DNA of 64,000 nt from a virus. The position numbers were made by a program, and so were the translations under genes. Of this stretch, positions 26,910-36,499 are shown piece by piece. The stretch lies in IMG/VR virus record IMGVR_UViG_3300029258_002856. The stretch is one strand, 5' to 3'. The notes under the pieces are model-generated. The model did no database searches, was not told the DNA's origin, and saw nothing but the letters and a program-made list of their open reading frames with translations. Numbering within the stretch: position 1 is the stretch's first letter; every line of letters begins with the position of its first letter.

Positions 26910-28708
26910 TGGCTGAAGGTCAACCGTTCGGGCGCTGGCTCTTGAATACCCAGTTGCCTTCTGGGTTCAAGGTCAACTCCCCCGTGGGAAAGAAGCGCCT
27001 CAACCAAATGATGAATGACCTGGCGCGCAAGGACCCTACGCAATACACCACGACTATTGCAGGCCTTAAACGTCTAGGCGATGAGCTTGCGACGCAGGAA
27101 GGCCTCTCCATCGGGCTGGATGACATCGAGCCTGAATACCGGAAACGGGATGCGCAGATGCGTCCCTTCCGTCAGAAGTTTCAGGCGGCACGTACAACCG
27201 CACAGAAGCGCCAGATACTGGAGCAGCTCCACGGAAAAATTACTGATGCCGCCATGAAGCACCGCGGGAGTCTCACGCAGCAAGTACAGAGCGGTGCTCG
27301 CGGTTCTCCCACTCAGTACATGAAGATTGTCGGTAGCCCGGTATACGCTCGGGATGCCAATGGAAAAGTTACTCCTTGGCTCATCCCACGTTCCTACAGT
27401 GAAGGGTTATCGGCTGCTGACTACTGGGCTGCGGGCAACGAAGCTATCTCGGATACCATCAAGTCGAGCACTGCGGTGTCCGAGCCCGGAGAGCTGTCCA
27501 AGATTCTCATTAACAACATGAACGATATCGTGGTGACCGAACAGGATTGCGGAACGGTCAATGGTATCCTCATGGACCCCAAAAACCCCGATGTTCAAGA
27601 CCGTTATCTGGCTCGCAGTGAAGGGGGAGTGCGGAAAGACACCCTCATCAGTCCACAGGTGCAAGCCCGACTGGCCAAGAGCAAGAAGAAAATCCTGGTG
27701 CGTTCGCCGATGACTTGTGAGGCCGGTGATGGGGTCTGCCAGAAGTGCCAGGGTCTCAATGAGCGCGGGAACCTTCACACAGTAGGCACCAATGTTGGCA
27801 TCCGAGCAGCCCAGGCCATGGCGGAACCGCTCACCCAGTTCGCCCTCAATGCGAAGCATGGTGTTCGTACGGCCAAGAGCGACCGCTTGCAAGTTCACGG
27901 CATGCAGGGCTTTCGCCAGATGACAGAATCACCTCGGCAGTTCATGAACAAGGCGACCCTGGCAGGGGAAGAAGGGAAGGTCACGAAGATTGAGAAGGCC
28001 CCGCAAGGAGGACATTTCGTCTACGTCGGCAGCACCAAACATTACGTGACTCCCAACATCAACGTTGTGGCCAAGGTGGGACAGAAGGTCGAACGCGGAG
28101 ACGCGCTGAGCGGTGGGATACCCAAGCCAGATGAGGTGGTAGCCTTCAAAGGTTTGGGAGCTGGACGTCGATATATGGTCGATACGTTGAAGGAACTCTA
28201 CAAGAACCAAGGACGTAATCTCGACCAACGACACTTCGAGCTGTTGGCCAAAGGCGAACTCAATCACGTACGTATCGTGGATGACCCAGGTAGGAACTTC
28301 ATTCCCGGCGATATTGTAGATTACAATCACTTCCGTTCGATTTTACGGGGTAATACGAAGACTCTTCCATTGACGCAAGCGCGCGGGGAGACCCTCGGGA
28401 AAGAGCACCTCCACTTCTCCGCCGGGACTCGTGTGACTCCTTCGGTGGAGCGGGCACTCCACAAAGAGAAAATCAAGGATGTCATCATTGCACCCCGGGC
28501 TCCTGAGGTTGAGTTTGTGATGAAGCCCGCTACTAGAGCCCCGCTTCTTAACCCAGATTGGATGGCTCGTTTGGCGCACCGGAACCTGAAGACAACGCTT
28601 CAACAAGCTGCGCACTTTGGTGATGTTACGAATGTCCACGGAACAAATCCCATCCCGGCCTATGTTTTTGGCGTAGAATTTGGGCAGGGAGAAGAGGGAC
28701 GATACTGA
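26909..28708 (+). CDS. rpoC: RNA polymerase beta-prime, C-terminal half
   Basis: SIGLDDI, SGARGS, SYSEGLS, bridge helix ending VTEQDCG, RSPMTCE...VCQKCQG zinc site, trigger loop VGIRAAQAMAEPLTQFAL, RHFELL. Confidence 0.93.
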   Translation: MAEGQPFGRWLLNTQLPSGFKVNSPVGKKRLNQMMNDLARKDPTQYTTTIAGLKRLGDELATQEGLSIGLDDIEPEYRKRDAQMRPFRQKFQAARTTAQKRQILEQLHGKITDAAMKHRGSLTQQVQSGARGSPTQYMKIVGSPVYARDANGKVTPWLIPRSYSEGLSAADYWAAGNEAISDTIKSSTAVSEPGELSKILINNMNDIVVTEQDCGTVNGILMDPKNPDVQDRYLARSEGGVRKDTLISPQVQARLAKSKKKILVRSPMTCEAGDGVCQKCQGLNERGNLHTVGTNVGIRAAQAMAEPLTQFALNAKHGVRTAKSDRLQVHGMQGFRQMTESPRQFMNKATLAGEEGKVTKIEKAPQGGHFVYVGSTKHYVTPNINVVAKVGQKVERGDALSGGIPKPDEVVAFKGLGAGRRYMVDTLKELYKNQGRNLDQRHFELLAKGELNHVRIVDDPGRNFIPGDIVDYNHFRSILRGNTKTLPLTQARGETLGKEHLHFSAGTRVTPSVERALHKEKIKDVIIAPRAPEVEFVMKPATRAPLLNPDWMARLAHRNLKTTLQQAAHFGDVTNVHGTNPIPAYVFGVEFGQGEEGRY

Positions 28709-29256
28709 TGTCGAATTTCGAAGCAGGCTACAACGCTACACTAGCCTCTCTGGGAATAACCAAGGAGGCTCGCATCTGGCCCGCACTTCGAGGATTCGGG
28801 CAGAGGTTCGCCAAAAACTTCAAGCAAATTGCCGTTGGGAGTCCCCTCCAGGCCACGAAAGAAATCATGGCTGGGAAGGCTCTGAAGCCCGGAGGACTTA
28901 TTCGAGCGGGATTCGACCCCGGAAAAGGCAAGATGGGACTTCTGATGGGTGGCCTCTTCTACGGGCTCCCGGCCTATCAAGCGTACAAGGTATATAAGAG
29001 CGATGCTCCGAACAAGGCTGAAGAAATCGGCAAGATTCTCGGGGGGACCGCTGCTGGCCTGGGGACCTGGCGTGCTTACGGGATGTTGGGGTCTATGTTG
29101 GCGACGCCAATAGGCGAGCGTCTCGGTGGGGCAGCAGGACGATTAGGACAAACGCTGGCCGGAAAACCTGTTCCGAAAGAAGCCCCGCCCCCTCCGCCTC
29201 CCCGCACAGGGATGTTGCCAGCGCAACCTCAATATGGGATGTACCCCTATTACTAG
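28708..29256 (+). CDS. Gly-rich hydrophobic protein, putative internal head/ejection protein
   Basis: Coupled to rpoC-C (TGATG). Short leader ending TKEA, two Gly-rich hydrophobic segments, Pro-rich tail. Confidence 0.6.
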   Translation: MSNFEAGYNATLASLGITKEARIWPALRGFGQRFAKNFKQIAVGSPLQATKEIMAGKALKPGGLIRAGFDPGKGKMGLLMGGLFYGLPAYQAYKVYKSDAPNKAEEIGKILGGTAAGLGTWRAYGMLGSMLATPIGERLGGAAGRLGQTLAGKPVPKEAPPPPPPRTGMLPAQPQYGMYPYY

Positions 29257-29270
29257 GGGTTGGGTTTTTT
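29243..29270 (+). terminator. Rho-independent terminator of the RNAP operon
   Basis: ACCCCTA-TTAC-TAGGGGT followed by TGGGTTTTTT, overlapping the stop codon. Confidence 0.6.
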
Positions 29271-29288
29271 ACAAAGGCGGCATATACT
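29260..29288 (+). promoter_or_regulatory. Sigma70-like promoter
   Basis: TTGGGT-N17-TATACT, 49 nt upstream of the 29337 start. Confidence 0.55.
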
Positions 29289-29336
29289 TCACGGTGAGTT
29301 TTAACCGATCACCGGTCAAAAAGGAGAGGTAGACAA

Positions 29337-29888
29337 ATGAATCACCAGCAACTTCTTGAGCAAGTCAAGTTGGCTTACGCTTACGGCGCAAGCGTGGCGC
29401 TTCAGGAAGCTGGCGTGGACCAGGCTACTGCGGAGCAGGCCGGGATCAAGCTGGCTGAGGAAGCCGTTACCCAAGAGAAGCGAGCCGAAGAAGACGAAGA
29501 GGGTATCCACCCGGCGCTCCTGGCTCTCCTGGGTGCCGGTGGCGGCGCGGCCCTCGGCGCAGGCGCGGGGGGACTCGTCGGCAAGCTGACGGGTAAGAAC
29601 CTGCTTTCACGGGGCATGCGGCCACTAGGTAAGGCCGTTGACCGTCTCGGTGGTCCCGCGAATGTGCCCAGCGTACCGTCTGGCGGCCTCATCGACACCA
29701 AGAAACTCCAAGCGTTGCAAGAGGCGGCACAACTGTCACCGAAGGAGCAGCTGGCGAACAAGCTGCACGACCTCCTGATGGGTGCGGGTCGCATGGGCTC
29801 CATTCGTGGCAGTGCGGCGGCGGGCGCGGGAATGGGCGGTGTCGCGGGTGGTACGGCGGGCGGCTTGCTCGGCGGATTGCAGGACTAA
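29337..29888 (+). CDS. Glycine-zipper-like protein, putative internal virion protein
   Basis: GGAG RBS; GAGGGAALGAGAGGLVG and GAGMGGVAGGTAGGLLGG segments after K-x-A motifs. Confidence 0.65.
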   Translation: MNHQQLLEQVKLAYAYGASVALQEAGVDQATAEQAGIKLAEEAVTQEKRAEEDEEGIHPALLALLGAGGGAALGAGAGGLVGKLTGKNLLSRGMRPLGKAVDRLGGPANVPSVPSGGLIDTKKLQALQEAAQLSPKEQLANKLHDLLMGAGRMGSIRGSAAAGAGMGGVAGGTAGGLLGGLQD

Positions 29889-29905
29889 GGGCGGCTAAAG
29901 AGGAG

Positions 29906-30940
29906 TTGAAAATGCATATTTTCAAACGAGCACACTTCCGCGGAATGCTCCACGAGCTTCAGCGACGGGGCTACGTCACGCTTCCGTCTGAGAAGATTGC
30001 GGAGGAAGTGGCGGATGCAGTAGCCGATGAGTACGAGGACGAAGTGATTCCCCCGGTTACTGATGAGTCGGGCTTGACGGAAGATGAGGCTGCGGAAGCC
30101 GTCAATAAGCTTGTCGAAGTCGCCGAAGTCATCGCGGAGAAGTCCGGTGCTGCTGTCGACCCGGCCTACCAGCAGAAGGTCGCGTCGGTTACCACCGATG
30201 AGATGTACAAAGAGGCCGCATCCCAGGCCGCCATCTCTCTCATCGAGAAGGCCGCATTGGAAGGACCCATTATCCCCGGGCAGAAGCCCCCGGAGGATGG
30301 GCTCGACGCCACCAACGAGGCGCAAGTCGACGCGACGGACAACCCCTCGGCGGAGGTCATTGTCCCGAAGGGTGAGTCCTCGATGGACGCCACCCCCGGC
30401 GCGGTGGGACATGAGGCAATCCGTCCAGACCAGCCCGGGGCTAATGACGGTGATACTCCCGTGGAGGTAGCCGATGTGAAAGTCTCGTCCGTCGATGCCC
30501 TCCTGGCTAAACTCGGCATGGGAGCTAGCACCATGGCCGCCCCCTCTCCGGCGGGCGATGGTTCTCCCGGAGCTGCCGGGGGGAAGGGCGATGGGCGCAA
30601 GGACCTCGAGACCAACCTCGGGATGGGCAAGGACATGATTGTCCCGCAGGGGGATACCAAGCAGACTCCTCCGGCAGTCCCGGTGCCCCTCAAGAGTGCT
30701 CCGGCAGCTGCGGGCGTGGACATCACGCAGAAGGACAAGCCGCAGACTGACGTGCAAGCCGACATCAGTAAGGCGGCGTCTCTTCTTCTGAAGACCGAAC
30801 GTGGGCGTGCCATCCTGAAGAAGATTGGCGAAGAGCTCAAGGAAGATGAGGAAGAAGAGAAGAAGAAGGACGACGAAGAGAAGGCCGCTGCTGAAATCCT
30901 TCGTCGTGCTCTGGGCCACGCCTCCCAAGCCGTCAGTTAA
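29906..30940 (+). CDS. Acidic Ala/Pro-rich head-associated protein (scaffold-like)
   Basis: 344 aa, biased codons, many K-x-A motifs. Start is probably ATG 29912 or TTG 29906 after GAGGAG. Confidence 0.6.
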   Translation: MKMHIFKRAHFRGMLHELQRRGYVTLPSEKIAEEVADAVADEYEDEVIPPVTDESGLTEDEAAEAVNKLVEVAEVIAEKSGAAVDPAYQQKVASVTTDEMYKEAASQAAISLIEKAALEGPIIPGQKPPEDGLDATNEAQVDATDNPSAEVIVPKGESSMDATPGAVGHEAIRPDQPGANDGDTPVEVADVKVSSVDALLAKLGMGASTMAAPSPAGDGSPGAAGGKGDGRKDLETNLGMGKDMIVPQGDTKQTPPAVPVPLKSAPAAAGVDITQKDKPQTDVQADISKAASLLLKTERGRAILKKIGEELKEDEEEEKKKDDEEKAAAEILRRALGHASQAVS

Positions 30941-30943
30941 GAC

Positions 30944-30972
30944 TTTCCTCCCTAAAATCTCCACAGTATAAT
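30944..30972 (+). promoter_or_regulatory. Sigma70-like promoter
   Basis: TTTCCT-N17-TATAAT, 39 nt upstream of 31011. Confidence 0.55.
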
Positions 30973-31010
30973 TCATTTCGACTACCCTACTGTAAAGGGA
31001 GGATTTACGT

Positions 31011-33662
31011 ATGCCTGGAATGTCAATGTCACCGAACGTAAACGCCTACGGCGAAGTGCCAGCAGCAGAGCAGGCCGAAGAGCTGTTCAAGCAGGAGTTC
31101 GCGAAGGCAGCGTGGGCGGTAATCCTGTCGAAGTTCCCGGACCTCTCACCTTCAGTGGTGACGTTCAAAATTCTGGAGACTGACGCAGAGACCGGCAAGG
31201 GTGTTGGCGCGTTCATCCTCCTCTATGAGCAAAAACCTATCTACATCCCTGTGGTGATGGTAGACAGCAAGCTCAAACCCCTGGAGATGTTCTACTACAA
31301 AGAGATGAACATCTTCCTGCCGCTCTCTAAGACCTGGCTGGAGGAAGTCTCCAAAATGAGTTTGGATGAGATGGGACGCGGGGAGGACATTCCAGACAGT
31401 GTTCCCCGGGACGTCAACATCCGGGACCTCGTGATGCCCCCGTACACGCAGAGTGGGCGCGTGGGGTTGGCGCATGACCTGGAGCACGGAGCACAAGCGC
31501 TGTTCAAAGAGGCTGAGAACCAGGAGGTGGAGATACACCCCCGGTTCCTTCACGCCATTCGCCGTGCGCCGAAGGTGGCCCTCGACGGCATCAAGGTGGC
31601 GTTCCAGCACAATCCCGCACTACTCCAGAAGATTGCCAAGGTTTACGGAGTAAAAGAACTGACTGCTGCCATCACTGAGGGCTACCAGAAGGCGCACATG
31701 TCTTCGCAGCTCCAAGAGAAGGTGGCGTCGGTACGAGAAGGTGCGCTCGAAGTTTTCACCAAAGAGGCCTCTTCGGACCGACTCCGTGAAGTGTTTGGAC
31801 CCAAGGCCGGTGAAGCCTTCATGGAAATTCTCACCAAGGGTTACGCCGTACAGGACACCCGGCACGTGAAGCACGCGGCCATTTCGGTGAAACTCGAGAC
31901 CGAGGCGAAGCTCCAGGCTCCTGGCCCTGCGCCGGGGTGGTTCAAGCTGTTCTTCGTGGATGGTCCAGCCGGGAACTACCTGGTCATCCCCCACCCGAAG
32001 CGGTCGGAGAAGTATGTCGGGAACGGCGACTACTACTACACTGGCAGTGACTACCGCAACTTCGACAGCTTCAACAAGGAGCCCGCCCTCGTCGTGGACG
32101 TCAATGGCAAAGAGGCATGGCTGGCCAAGGGCGTCTTGGGGATTCCTATTTACGAGGAGGGAGACGTCAACCAGACAAAGCTCTGGAAGATGCTCAATGC
32201 TGCGGGGAAGGGTGACACTCCGCGTCCTTACTCCTATGGCTTTTTCATCTACGCCGGTCCGCAGGGGGTTCAAGCTACGGAACCCATCGACGTTCGTCAG
32301 GTGACGGATACCGGGGACGGGCGTGTTCGTATTCAATCGGATTTTGGGCCGAAGTTCATCTGGGACACGGACCCCACGCGGCACACCATCGACCACGCCA
32401 TGAACGGCGAGTTTGTTTTTTTGCCCAAGAACACCAAGTGGGTGGAAATCGGAAAGGTGCCCGAGGAAGCGAATAAACGGGACTTCGAGAAGATGCGGGA
32501 TGTCCGGCGTCTAGCTAGCCAGCATCGTCGTGAGACTCTGCTGAGTGACCCGAAGCTCATCTTTCGGTGGATGAACCAGATTCTTCAGGAGAGCGGAGCC
32601 AAGAAGGTCAACGTCAAACGCGCAGGGGAAGACCTGTGGTGGATTGAAGGTGACTCGAAGCCCTACACTCTGGACGTAGCCATCGACAAAGTTGCTCGGG
32701 AGTACGATGTCACCACGGATGCGGCGCTCGACGTACTGAAGGAAGCTCAGCACCTTGGGGTGGCCGAGGCGTACATCGTTGACCATGCATCGGGACGAAA
32801 AGTTCAAGAGTCGTTCCAGAAGCACGCGCAACCACCAGGACAGGTGGGTGCGGAGATTCCGATGCCTCCGGGTCCGCAAGCAGGACCGCCTCCGGGCGGC
32901 ATGCCTGCCCCTCCTGGAGACCCGAGCATGGCGGGAATGGCCCCTCCTCCGATGCCTACCTCTCCGATGACACCCACGGACCTGGCTATCGCCGAGGTAG
33001 TGGACAACCTGCGCGAGCAAAACAATATGCAAATGCAGCAAGCGCAGGACCACATGATGATGCAGCAACAGCAGATGCAGATGGAGGCGGAAAACAACGA
33101 CCGCCTCATCGGTGTCCTCGAGGGTATTCAACAACGGTCACAAGAAATCTCGGCGGCTACCGGAGGCATGATTCCTGCGGGGGCAGAACAAGCTCCAGCA
33201 CAGGCAGCGCAGATGCTCGCCCCTATCCCGCCCGAAGAACCCCCTCCCCCTCCGCAACCAGTGATGGATGAGGCTGGGGCAGAAGTCACCCCCGACATGG
33301 TGGCGCAGCAAATCAACCCCTCGATGATTGAAGATGCCGAGGCTCTTCAGAACGAGGGGGTCTTCGACACTGCGGCGATTGCAATGTTGGCCGCAGCACC
33401 GGTACTCCAAGATATCGTCTCTTCTTACATCCCCAACCTGGAGAAGTGTCTGGACAACGTGGGACGTATTCTCCTCACCCTTTGGATGCGGGAGGAAGAG
33501 ACCAAAGAAGCCATCGGGGATGAAGCATTCATCGTCCTGGAGGACAAGCTCCGTACTGTCTTCAAGAACCTGGGCGATACCATTCTCGAAATCAACCGCA
33601 ACGCGGTGAGCACCGAGGACTCTGCACAGGAAATGTCGCAGATGCTTGCTGACCAGCAGTAA
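31011..33662 (+). CDS. Large hypothetical head-region protein
   Basis: 883 aa with GGAGG RBS. Globular N-terminus and a Pro/Gln/Met-rich low-complexity C-terminal third flanked by K-x-A motifs. Confidence 0.7.
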   Translation: MPGMSMSPNVNAYGEVPAAEQAEELFKQEFAKAAWAVILSKFPDLSPSVVTFKILETDAETGKGVGAFILLYEQKPIYIPVVMVDSKLKPLEMFYYKEMNIFLPLSKTWLEEVSKMSLDEMGRGEDIPDSVPRDVNIRDLVMPPYTQSGRVGLAHDLEHGAQALFKEAENQEVEIHPRFLHAIRRAPKVALDGIKVAFQHNPALLQKIAKVYGVKELTAAITEGYQKAHMSSQLQEKVASVREGALEVFTKEASSDRLREVFGPKAGEAFMEILTKGYAVQDTRHVKHAAISVKLETEAKLQAPGPAPGWFKLFFVDGPAGNYLVIPHPKRSEKYVGNGDYYYTGSDYRNFDSFNKEPALVVDVNGKEAWLAKGVLGIPIYEEGDVNQTKLWKMLNAAGKGDTPRPYSYGFFIYAGPQGVQATEPIDVRQVTDTGDGRVRIQSDFGPKFIWDTDPTRHTIDHAMNGEFVFLPKNTKWVEIGKVPEEANKRDFEKMRDVRRLASQHRRETLLSDPKLIFRWMNQILQESGAKKVNVKRAGEDLWWIEGDSKPYTLDVAIDKVAREYDVTTDAALDVLKEAQHLGVAEAYIVDHASGRKVQESFQKHAQPPGQVGAEIPMPPGPQAGPPPGGMPAPPGDPSMAGMAPPPMPTSPMTPTDLAIAEVVDNLREQNNMQMQQAQDHMMMQQQQMQMEAENNDRLIGVLEGIQQRSQEISAATGGMIPAGAEQAPAQAAQMLAPIPPEEPPPPPQPVMDEAGAEVTPDMVAQQINPSMIEDAEALQNEGVFDTAAIAMLAAAPVLQDIVSSYIPNLEKCLDNVGRILLTLWMREEETKEAIGDEAFIVLEDKLRTVFKNLGDTILEINRNAVSTEDSAQEMSQMLADQQ

Positions 33663-34360
33663 TGAAGCGTTGCGTCCCAGACCGCAAGTGGAAGATGGTC
33701 ATGGCGGCTGTTGCGAAGAAGTCTCGGCCAAAAGATTCGCAGCTTGCGAAGGTCTATGACTTCCTCGCGGAGGAGAAAGACGACGACCGTGTTGAGTACG
33801 TGGTGTCCCTCCTCGATTCACCTATGGCCCGGGACCGCATCGTTGCTTTCTTCTTGAGCGGGGCGACCCTCCCGGAAATCAGCAAGAGCCTGTGGATTCC
33901 GATTGAGGTGCTGGAGCTTTTCCAATGGCTCTATGTCAACAAGGACGAATTTCGGCATAAGCTCGAGATCTATCAGTATGCTCAGGAGTACATGCGGAAC
34001 GTCTGCGAAGAGGAGAACGCGGAGTGGCTGAAACTTGGTCTTGAGATTGGACCCCTCGCTCTTATCTACAAACATCTCCACGGTCACGAGAATCTCCCCA
34101 TCGATGCGCGGATGCTTACCCGGGAGATGATTAACCAGGCGTTTCATCTGAGCATGCTGGCTCGGGGCAATCAAATTACTTCTTCCGTTGCGAAAGAGGC
34201 CTACAAGTGGATGGGTAGCGCCTCCCGCATGGCCCTTTCGTACGATAAGCTTGGTTTGGATGACACGGCGGAGGATGAAGCCCTGGTTGCTATCGAGCGT
34301 CGGAAGATGACCCGAACTCCGGAGGAGGCAGAGGTTCCTCCGGATACGATTCTGCACTGA
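33662..34360 (+). CDS. Hypothetical protein
   Basis: Translationally coupled (TAATG); helical, with an HTH-like segment ATLPEISKSLWIPIEVL. Confidence 0.7.
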   Translation: MKRCVPDRKWKMVMAAVAKKSRPKDSQLAKVYDFLAEEKDDDRVEYVVSLLDSPMARDRIVAFFLSGATLPEISKSLWIPIEVLELFQWLYVNKDEFRHKLEIYQYAQEYMRNVCEEENAEWLKLGLEIGPLALIYKHLHGHENLPIDARMLTREMINQAFHLSMLARGNQITSSVAKEAYKWMGSASRMALSYDKLGLDDTAEDEALVAIERRKMTRTPEEAEVPPDTILH

Positions 34361-34373
34361 AAGGACGAGACGA

Positions 34374-35246
34374 ATGTGGCAGCGCAAACAATACGATAAC
34401 GCGGCATTGGAGATTGCGAAGAACTACGTTGCGGCGGATGGCCAGTGCAGTATCGAAGACTTAGCTACGAAGGTGGCCAACGACAACAACCTGAACCCCG
34501 ACGGCATCCGTACCCTGGTGCGGCTGGCTAATGTCTGCGCATTCCAGGAACTCTTCGACAAGAAGGCCGGAGACGAGGACCGGATGGTGGAGTTCAAATT
34601 GGGAGACGCGGAACTCGTCATCAGCAAGCTGCATGAGGATGCCCGGGAGAAAGTGGCCTCTGCTCCTGCTCCGACTGCCCCCAACTACAATCGACACTTG
34701 GACTACTTTGGGGAGTTCGAGAAGGTCGCCAATGGTGATGAGGAGGAAGAGGGAGAAGAGGTTGAGGAGCTTGCCGAGGAAGAGTTGAAGGAAGAGCAGA
34801 AGGCCGATGGGCCGGTGGTGGACAAGCAGAAGACCAAGAAGCTCTTCGAAGCCGCGACGGAGAAGCTCGAGGGAGAGAAGAAAGAGGCGCAGTATGCGTG
34901 GCTGCGGAACATGGAGAACGCAGCCCAATCCGTCCGCGTCCTTTCCGGAACCTCTTCTTTTGGTGACATGTCAACCTTCGAGAAAGATGCCGTGTGTTCC
35001 GTGGGAGAGGACATCATCCCAGAGCTGCGTGCCCTCAACTACATGGTCGGCGGTAGTCTCGACGCTCCGCTCTTCGGGGGGGAGAAAATTGCGTCGGTGC
35101 ACAACACTCATGTAGTGCTCCCTCTCACGTCGGAAAAGAAGAATGTGTGCACCGTCTTGAAGAATGCGAGTCAAGCTCGCTACAATTCTAAGGAATGCGA
35201 CCGCGGTTTGGTTTTACTGCGTAAAGGGCTGTCGGAATGCCAATAA
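34374..35246 (+). CDS. Hypothetical head-region protein
   Basis: 290 aa, acidic linker, several EK(V/I)A motifs. Confidence 0.7.
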   Translation: MWQRKQYDNAALEIAKNYVAADGQCSIEDLATKVANDNNLNPDGIRTLVRLANVCAFQELFDKKAGDEDRMVEFKLGDAELVISKLHEDAREKVASAPAPTAPNYNRHLDYFGEFEKVANGDEEEEGEEVEELAEEELKEEQKADGPVVDKQKTKKLFEAATEKLEGEKKEAQYAWLRNMENAAQSVRVLSGTSSFGDMSTFEKDAVCSVGEDIIPELRALNYMVGGSLDAPLFGGEKIASVHNTHVVLPLTSEKKNVCTVLKNASQARYNSKECDRGLVLLRKGLSECQ

Positions 35247-35875
35247 TCGGTAACCTCACGGCCAAGGGAATGCTCGGGACCGCGCTGCGTCACCCGGCAC
35301 TTCTCCTTGCGCTCGGTGGAGGAGCCGTAGTAGCGTCTAACCTCAGACAACAGGGCCGTGAATTGGAGAGCGAAATCATGAAAAACCGTCTAGGCGCACC
35401 TGGGGCGAAATTCGTTTACGCGGAGTTCGACAACTTCGCGGGACGTAAACGACACCTGGCGGAGAAGTTGGCGTTCTCCAAGGAGGCGGATGAGACGGCG
35501 GTGGGGGACGTCATCGTCAAGGGGTTAGCTGGAGGTGCCGCCGGAGAATCTGTTCGGGGTCTCCGGGATGTGGTAGGCGGCGCGGCCCGCAAAGTTAAGG
35601 ACCGTCTCGTTCTTGAACCACGCCGAGAAAAAATTCTGGAGCAAATCCTTACGGACGACCCGACAGTTTCTGCTTACGAGGAAGAGAGTCCTGGATCGGC
35701 GGCCCAGGCGTACAGCTCCATGAAGCGTGTTGCTCCAGAACTCAGCACTGACCCCAACGTTGTTCTCTCCTATCTCCGGGAGGCAGCACAGACGGGCGGC
35801 AGTACCAACTACATGACCATCAAACAGCTAGCGGAAACCGAAGCCGCAATCAATAAGGCAAAGGGGAGAGGTTAA
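35237..35875 (+). CDS. Hypothetical protein with hydrophobic N-terminal helix
   Basis: LLLALGGGAVVA segment; internal SKEA motif splits the protein in two. Confidence 0.65.
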   Translation: MPIIGNLTAKGMLGTALRHPALLLALGGGAVVASNLRQQGRELESEIMKNRLGAPGAKFVYAEFDNFAGRKRHLAEKLAFSKEADETAVGDVIVKGLAGGAAGESVRGLRDVVGGAARKVKDRLVLEPRREKILEQILTDDPTVSAYEEESPGSAAQAYSSMKRVAPELSTDPNVVLSYLREAAQTGGSTNYMTIKQLAETEAAINKAKGRG

Positions 35876-35876
35876 G

Positions 35877-36095
35877 ATGTCCATGGAAAAACTGGCAGCA
35901 CTGGTTCCTGAGCAAGTCAAGGAAGCCGTTACCTCTCACCAGAATCACCGGCTCCTCATGGCTCGGACAGGTCTTGATGAGGTCACTCTTCAAAAGCTGG
36001 GAGCGTACATTGGAGGTCGCGTAGCTGCACGGCGTGCACGCTGGCGTCCGGTCTTTGACGGGTTCCGAGCTTTGAAGAACCTGCGGAGGTCATAA
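35877..36095 (+). CDS. Small hypothetical protein
   Basis: GGAGAGG RBS; coupled to the next gene. Confidence 0.6.
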   Translation: MSMEKLAALVPEQVKEAVTSHQNHRLLMARTGLDEVTLQKLGAYIGGRVAARRARWRPVFDGFRALKNLRRS

Positions 36096-36499
36096 TGCGT
36101 GCTCTTGCTGCGGAAATTTCGCACACGCTGAGACAGCGTGCGAAGCTGGAGAAAATTGCGGCGGACACGGAGTCGGCAGGCGTCAGCTACGAAGCCCAGA
36201 AGGGTAGTGTTGATGTTTGCAACCGCCTTTACGGCGTACTCCAGAAAGAAGCGTCTTTCAAAGGTGATGGGAAAGACGACCTTCGTTTCTGCGAACTCAT
36301 CACCAAGATGGCGAGTGCTCTTGGGAAAGAGAAGCCTTCCGCGGAGACTCAGCTCAAGTTGGCGGGTGCGGTGATGGTTGATTTGGCGCTTCAGCGCGCG
36401 CTCAATGACGACATCCCCTACGCAGAGAAGACTAAACTGGCCGCGCAGCAGCTTTACGGGCGGGAATACCTCGCGGACTTGCTCACCGGAGTTCTGTAG
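36095..36499 (+). CDS. Hypothetical protein
   Basis: TAATG coupling upstream and TAGTG coupling downstream. Confidence 0.65.
   Translation: MRALAAEISHTLRQRAKLEKIAADTESAGVSYEAQKGSVDVCNRLYGVLQKEASFKGDGKDDLRFCELITKMASALGKEKPSAETQLKLAGAVMVDLALQRALNDDIPYAEKTKLAAQQLYGREYLADLLTGVL

Noticed and set aside
2859-28708. Inteins or self-splicing introns in polymerase, helicase, terminase or RNAP
   Set aside because: No C/S...HN-C/S/T splice junctions, LAGLIDADG/HNH motifs or interrupted reading frames were seen. The inserts present are short.
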